Source: Candidatus Bathyarchaeota archaeon (lineage in GTDB: Archaea; Thermoproteota; Bathyarchaeia; TCS64). From it: DNA of 64,000 bases. Both the position numbers and the translations under genes were made by a program. Shown in pieces: positions 59,327 through 64,000 of this stretch. The notes under the pieces are model-generated. The model was not told where the DNA came from, did not search any database, and was given only the letters and a program-made list of their open reading frames with translations. The stretch spans positions 352,001-416,000 of the forward strand of contig CAVYVF010000002.1 in the NCBI GenBank assembly GCA_963771885.1, written 5' to 3'. Within the stretch, counting starts at the first letter, position 1; every line of letters starts with the position of its first letter.

Positions 59327-60340
59327 CTATAATACCTGGGCAGACTTCCCGATCTTTTCGGATAGATAGTCTACTGCTCTCATGAGGAACTCGTCAGCGT
59401 CGCCTACGCCGTTCGCACCCGCTGCAGTCGGGTGACCGCCCCCCTCACCGGCAAATAGCTCAGCGAGCGGCTTCGAGATGTCATCGCCAACATGGATTTC
59501 GGTCTTCTTGTAGAAATCATCGCTAGACCTGATGCTCGTCTTTAAAATTTTTTTGTCGTTGCCGGCGATTATCGCGATGTCAGCTCCGAGACTCATAATG
59601 CCTCTAGCGGCAGATGCCTGGAATGAGCCCAGGTTGGCTGTGGCGACAAGCCACTTATCAATACGGTAGACCTTCACCCTCTGCGCGGACTTGAGACGCG
59701 CTATTCTCTCCGACTGATCCATTGTGGCCTGCAGTATATCGCGTGCGCTGTTCAGTGATGCGCCTAGTTCGATGAGTCGAGCGACGACTCTGAACATGCG
59801 AGGCGTGCCGATTCCGAGGTGCTTCGAGTCGAAGACTATACCGACGAGTAAAGCCTCGGCGACGTCAGTAGGTGGCTCCAACCCGAGGCTCACCCAGATA
59901 TTGAACACAATCTCGCATGTGGCTACGGCATCCTCGTCCGAAACGTAGAAAGTGGCGAGTCGTTCTATCGCATGGTCTCTGCCGTGATGGTCGATAAAGA
60001 CGCGGGTCTTCGCCTCCTTGACTAGGGAGATGAGTGTCTTAAGTTGTATGAGGCTACCAGTGTCAACGACTATGACTGTCTCTGCGTCTATATGCTGCGA
60101 ACTCTTTGAGGCATTTATCGAGAAGCGCTCGATCATTTTCTCGGATAGCCGACTCGCTGTGTCGGGGTAGAGTATCTCGGTGGACGCTTCCGAGTCGAGA
60201 AATTCGATGAGGCGCTGTATTCCGTAGGCGGCCCCCATCGCGTCTGGGTCGGCGTTGTGGTGGCAGACGATAGATAGTCGTCCATGGAACATTTCCCGTA
60301 ACGCTGATGTGTCAGTAGACACGCGCCATCGCTTTTTCAA
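59327..60340 (-). CDS. DHH family phosphoesterase
   Basis: HHNADPDA, VVDT, IDHH, GI.FD, GGGHPTAAG; GGAGGT RBS before TTG. Confidence 0.92.
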   Translation of the reverse strand: MKKRWRVSTDTSALREMFHGRLSIVCHHNADPDAMGAAYGIQRLIEFLDSEASTEILYPDTASRLSEKMIERFSINASKSSQHIDAETVIVVDTGSLIQLKTLISLVKEAKTRVFIDHHGRDHAIERLATFYVSDEDAVATCEIVFNIWVSLGLEPPTDVAEALLVGIVFDSKHLGIGTPRMFRVVARLIELGASLNSARDILQATMDQSERIARLKSAQRVKVYRIDKWLVATANLGSFQASAARGIMSLGADIAIIAGNDKKILKTSIRSSDDFYKKTEIHVGDDISKPLAELFAGEGGGHPTAAGANGVGDADEFLMRAVDYLSEKIGKSAQVL

Positions 60341-60940
60341 GGCGACCTCCGGGTATTAAAGGAATATAAAATCTGTGCGCTAGGCTATTTAGAAATTAAA
60401 AACCCCATAATCACCCTCCAATGAGTATAGGTTGAATGTTAAGCGCGTGCTTGACTCACTCAACCTAACGCAAATCAAAGCCAACCTAGCTAAACACCCC
60501 ATAGCATGAGGGAGAATTATACTGAAAAGAAGGCGGAGCTTCAAAGGGTAGGTCGAAGAGCGGTAAGAGGAAGCTGAGAAAGATCGGTGGACGAGAGGCG
60601 AGTTTCAAGCAGAATACGAATCATGATGCATCCATGCTCCACTGATGCCCGACTCGATTCGGCTTATGGGGCTGACCCTTAGTAGCTCGGTGGTTGGCTG
60701 GGTTAAGTGCCGGCGGCGGAAGCAGCCACAGCCGTTGGTGGGTTCGAGGACTGCGGCTGCTTGTGCGGCTTCAGCTGGCTGAGGCGGCTGCGTTGGCTCT
60801 CAAGCGGTTTATTTGGATGCGTCTTTTTTTGGAGGCTGGTGTGTCGGCTTCGTGGTTGCAAGCTTGGTCTGGGGTTTGTAGAGCTCTCTATAGGAGGCAA
60901 TGTGGAGAAGAGATAATTGTTCTACTATTCAGCTAGCTTA

Positions 60941-60983
60941 TGCCACAGCGTGCCACAGCTTGCTGCAGCGTGCCGCTGCAGCC
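60941..60983. repeat. Degenerate 10-bp tandem repeat
   Basis: TGCCACAGCG TGCCACAGCT TGCTGCAGCG TGCCGCTGCA. Confidence 0.6.
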
Positions 60984-61168
60984 ATTCAGCCGAACGAGCC
61001 GAGGGGTTGAGGCATCTGCCCTGCAATCTATGCTCCATTCAGCGACGGGTGGATGAAAATTGATTTGCTCCCTCAAACATCATGCAGTAGAATTTTCCAC
61101 CAACACAACTGTCTCAGGCGAAGAAATCCACGCACAGCCCTCCTACACGGGTGAAGCGTAAACTAAGC

Positions 61169-61226
61169 TTCCCCCGTCCAGATGGGTATAGCGTAAACTC
61201 GGCTAACACCCATCCAGACGGGGGAA
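61169..61226. repeat. Long inverted repeat immediately downstream of the ParB-like gene
   Basis: TTCCCCCGTCCAGATGGGT...ACCCATCCAGACGGGGGAA, 19-bp arms with 2 mismatches, plus an inner TAGC/GCTA pair. Confidence 0.75.
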
Positions 61227-61228
61227 AC

Positions 61229-62317
61229 CTATGCCTCCCGATTCCTGGAACGGCTCCTCTCAGGATCCCCAGCTGATGCATTCATGGCGTCAGAGGCGTC
61301 AAAACCTGTATCTGTGACGGGTACCATATTTCCCAATACTCGCGTGATGAGGGTTTCGGGTTTCTCCCTCCTTTTCGTAATCTTCCTCAGTTCCTCGATT
61401 ACCGGGAAGTACTTCATGTCATCTGAGTGTTTCGTCTCCCACGTCTCTTCAACGACTTCATACGGGTACCACTCAAGCAGCTTTTCGAAGAGGAGCGACG
61501 ATACTAATACAATTTTATCCACGGACACTGGTTTGGCCCGCATCGCCTGAGGGGCCACCGGCCCACCTTTACGGGGTTTCAACGCAGCCTCAGTGGGGGA
61601 TAGTATTGCCCCGCTACTCTCCACCTCATGGTGCAGGCTGCCCTGATGATCGCCGCTTGCATGCGCCGCGGATTCGGCTTTCACTGGGCCGGATCCTGTG
61701 GTAGAGTGTGGACCCTTGCGCCTGGACAGCTCCTCTCTGAGCCACCTCGTCGATCGCCCCTCCTCGATGGTCTTCCTCAGGATTTCGGAACGTTCCGAAA
61801 GAGAAAATCTGCCTAGGACCACCGCCTTGTACAGAGTCAGTTCACCCCTCTCGAACGCGTTCCTCAGGTCCCTATCCATGTCGAAAGTGCTCAACATGTC
61901 GTAGACCCTGTCTACGCCACAGTGGTACAACTCGGCAATCTTCTCCACAGAGTAGTCGTCGCTAGTCTTGAGGGCATACATCTGGCAAGCGACTTCGAAG
62001 TCGCTGAGGTTCTCCCTAAGGCTGTTGTCCGCGATATTGATCATAAGCGCCTCGTGAAATGTGATGCCTTCGTAGACATCAGCGGTAATGCTGGTTGAGC
62101 CGAGAGTAATGACTGCTTGGGTTCTCTGCCACCCCGCTATGATTGTGTATGAGTCGCCCTGCTTCCACAGTTTGACGGGGTTGAGTAGCCCAGCCTCGGA
62201 GATGCTGTCCATCTTCTTTTTTAACGCTTCTGATTTGAAGCTTTTACGAAACTTGAACCTGGTGTCGGCCAAGTCGATCTTGCCGACTGGTACTTCACAT
62301 CTTAACGGTGCTTTCAT
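61229..62317 (-). CDS. ParB/RepB/Spo0J-family protein (ParB N-domain plus HTH)
   Basis: SI..AGLLNPV, IIAGWQR.QA, ADNSLRENLS..E, HTH SVEKIAELYHCGVDRVYDML. Confidence 0.85.
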   Translation of the reverse strand: MKAPLRCEVPVGKIDLADTRFKFRKSFKSEALKKKMDSISEAGLLNPVKLWKQGDSYTIIAGWQRTQAVITLGSTSITADVYEGITFHEALMINIADNSLRENLSDFEVACQMYALKTSDDYSVEKIAELYHCGVDRVYDMLSTFDMDRDLRNAFERGELTLYKAVVLGRFSLSERSEILRKTIEEGRSTRWLREELSRRKGPHSTTGSGPVKAESAAHASGDHQGSLHHEVESSGAILSPTEAALKPRKGGPVAPQAMRAKPVSVDKIVLVSSLLFEKLLEWYPYEVVEETWETKHSDDMKYFPVIEELRKITKRREKPETLITRVLGNMVPVTDTGFDASDAMNASAGDPERSRSRNREA

Positions 62318-62628
62318 ATGCCGTCGGCAAGGGGGCGCCAGAAAATCAGTTTATAAAACTTTCTATATATACACAAGGGCTAACCACCCTCGGTAAAGTC
62401 GTCACTTTACATCAAGAAATAGAATTACGACAGGTGCGCGCTGGCTCGTCCTTAATAGACATAAACCTAAAATCATCGAAATATTAGAGTAAACTCACCA
62501 CACAGCTGACCCAATCAGCTAAACCAAGCCCACCCAGCCAGCATAACAACCCACGGAAAACGAACGAACCCACACAGACATGCACGCTAACCGATACGAT
62601 TTAAGCACGCATAGCCATGTAAGACACC

Positions 62629-63333
62629 ATGTCAACCCAGGTAGTTGAGATAAAGGAACTCAGATCCCTAGAGAAGGGGAGCTATAGGGCGGTCTTCGGA
62701 TTAGCAGGTGCCGGTTTTATCGGTAACACATCAGCCATGTTCGCCGCGAGGTCGAAGGCGTACAAACAGATAGCCTGGGTGAAATCGAGCTACATACCCC
62801 CGATGACGCTGATAACGAACGGAGCACCGATGCAGTCATTCAGGATACACATCGACGAGTCGGAGAAGATCATCTTCGTGATCACTGAGAGCCTCATTCC
62901 GGCGGAAGGGTGCTGGCCGATCGCTGAGGCACTGACGACCTGGTTAAAAGGGAAGGGAGTTCAGGAGATGTACTCAGTCGACGGGCTGCCGTTCGCTAAC
63001 ACGCCGGTTGGGGTCAAGGCGTACACATATAGCTCAAAGATCGATATCTCGAACCTTGGCTTCCTCTCCCTGAAGGAGGGCGCCCTATCGGGAATTAACT
63101 CATGTATTCTAGAGGAATGCGCTGAGAAGGGCTACCCCTACGCCAGCATATTCATCCCTACGAACAAGCTGACGAGTATAGACTATTTGGGCTCAGCCGA
63201 CGCCGTCGACGTTATGAACCGGTTCTTCAAGCTCGGCGTTGACCCATCACCTCTCAGAGGATCGGATGAGGCACTTAAGAAAATGGCCGAACAGAGACAG
63301 TCAGGCATCGGTAAGATGTTTACGAAAAGCTAG
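62629..63333 (+). CDS. PAC2-family proteasome assembly chaperone-like protein
   Basis: GLAGAGFIG, S.YIPP, G.LSGI, D..GSA, VD.SPL. Confidence 0.75.
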   Translation: MSTQVVEIKELRSLEKGSYRAVFGLAGAGFIGNTSAMFAARSKAYKQIAWVKSSYIPPMTLITNGAPMQSFRIHIDESEKIIFVITESLIPAEGCWPIAEALTTWLKGKGVQEMYSVDGLPFANTPVGVKAYTYSSKIDISNLGFLSLKEGALSGINSCILEECAEKGYPYASIFIPTNKLTSIDYLGSADAVDVMNRFFKLGVDPSPLRGSDEALKKMAEQRQSGIGKMFTKS

Positions 63334-63695
63334 CCTTGTTGTTGGGGTAACCCGAGCTCCTTCTGCAGCGTTTCCTGCAGTCCTTGGAGTTTTTCCTTCG
63401 TTTTATCCTCCTGTTTCTCGAGGACCTTAGCTCTCATCTCGAGAAAGTCCTTACGGTCGGTGAGTTCCTTGATGACAGATGCCTTATCCTTCTCGACGAG
63501 GACTGCGCCGACGGACTTGTATACCTTTGCGCCTTCAGGCGTCTCCCCTAGTGTGGCGAGCGCCCTCTCTGTTTCTGCCTTTTCGGCCTCAAGCCTCTGC
63601 TTCTGGGCGAGTAGCTGCTGCATGGTGTTCTGTAGCTGCTGGAGACGGCCTATCCGCTCCTGTACATTCGGGGGAAGCTGACTGAGGTCAGACAT
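63330..63695 (-). CDS. pfdB: Prefoldin subunit beta
   Basis: QLPPNVQ..LQQLQ, VYKSVGAVLVE, coiled coils. Confidence 0.95.
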   Translation of the reverse strand: MSDLSQLPPNVQERIGRLQQLQNTMQQLLAQKQRLEAEKAETERALATLGETPEGAKVYKSVGAVLVEKDKASVIKELTDRKDFLEMRAKVLEKQEDKTKEKLQGLQETLQKELGLPQQQG

Positions 63696-63750
63696 ATGGA
63701 TTCGTCTGTGTAGGTCGCGTCCTCACCCTTATATTTATCTGAGGAGCCAG

Positions 63751-64000
63751 CTAGGAGACGGTGACCTCGATCTCTTCGCCCTCGTGCAAGTCGAGTTCGC
63801 CACGCCTCTTTGAAGTCGCCACTAATATCGTCCTACTTTTTGGGGTGAGCATGAAGAAGAGGTCGACTGGTATCAAGCCAATCCTTGAGTCGAAGGCGGT
63901 GCATTCGGCGATGCAGGATCTTGGACTGGTCTTTGTCACGAACCCGATCTGTTTTCCAAGGAGTTTTACACTAGAACACATCTTTGGGGCGTTGACGTGA
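63751..64000 (-). CDS. 3' part of a hypothetical protein running off the window edge
   Basis: Frame open to the window end, ending ..LDLHEGEEIEVTVS*. Confidence 0.45.
   Translation of the reverse strand, partial: HVNAPKMCSSVKLLGKQIGFVTKTSPRSCIAECTAFDSRIGLIPVDLFFMLTPKSRTILVATSKRRGELDLHEGEEIEVTVS

Noticed and set aside
60623..60675. Second C/D-like pattern ATGATGC..CTGA..CTGA
   Set aside because: C box imperfect, no C' box and no terminal stem.
60694..60936. Three overlapping short ORFs in the ParB-adjacent spacer
   Set aside because: Low-complexity, strand-skewed DNA with atypical codon use and no motifs.
60941..60983. CRISPR or iteron array
   Set aside because: Only about four degenerate contiguous 10-mers, with no spacers and no cas or rep gene.
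187..63685. Many long antisense or alternate-frame ORFs (e.g. 218-922, 13395-14117, 52020-52790)
   Set aside because: They shadow well-supported genes in GC-rich coding DNA and show no recognisable motifs.
63751..64000. CTP-dependent riboflavin kinase call for the edge ORF
   Set aside because: Only the final L..G.EIEV pattern resembles it; the other family motifs are not visible in the partial sequence.

Overview
Core-chromosome segment of an archaeon, by inference TACK and most likely Bathyarchaeia. The basis is class I LysRS, S4e/L32e/L19e, the L29-Rpp29-S17 order, a beta-type tRNA splicing endonuclease subunit, an ADP-forming acyl-CoA synthetase and a FrhB-like protein. It carries the L3-to-secY ribosomal protein cluster, lysS, hisS, EF-2, tRNA-Thr(GGT), repair genes (nfo, nth, nucS), coaBC, a threonine catabolism divergon, ilvD, an ECF transporter and prefoldin beta. 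Several genes, including essential ones, are broken by single-base indels mostly in homopolymers, which points to an error-prone assembly. Features the ORF track misses: a box C/D guide sRNA (6201-6263, minus strand) whose D guide fits a tRNA-Leu(CAA) anticodon arm; a dispersed degenerate ~45-bp intergenic repeat family with at least 5 copies and one inverted MITE-like pair; S14; and a CxxC-x17-CxxC microprotein. Also notable are a C2H2 zinc-finger microprotein, a back-to-back fusion of TrmB and tetraether-synthase gene remnants, a YoaD/YoaC-like dehydrogenase-kinase-aldolase operon, a ThrC-like enzyme fused to a winged HTH, and an orphan ParB-like gene beside a long hairpin. No CRISPR array, rRNA, transposase or integrase was seen.
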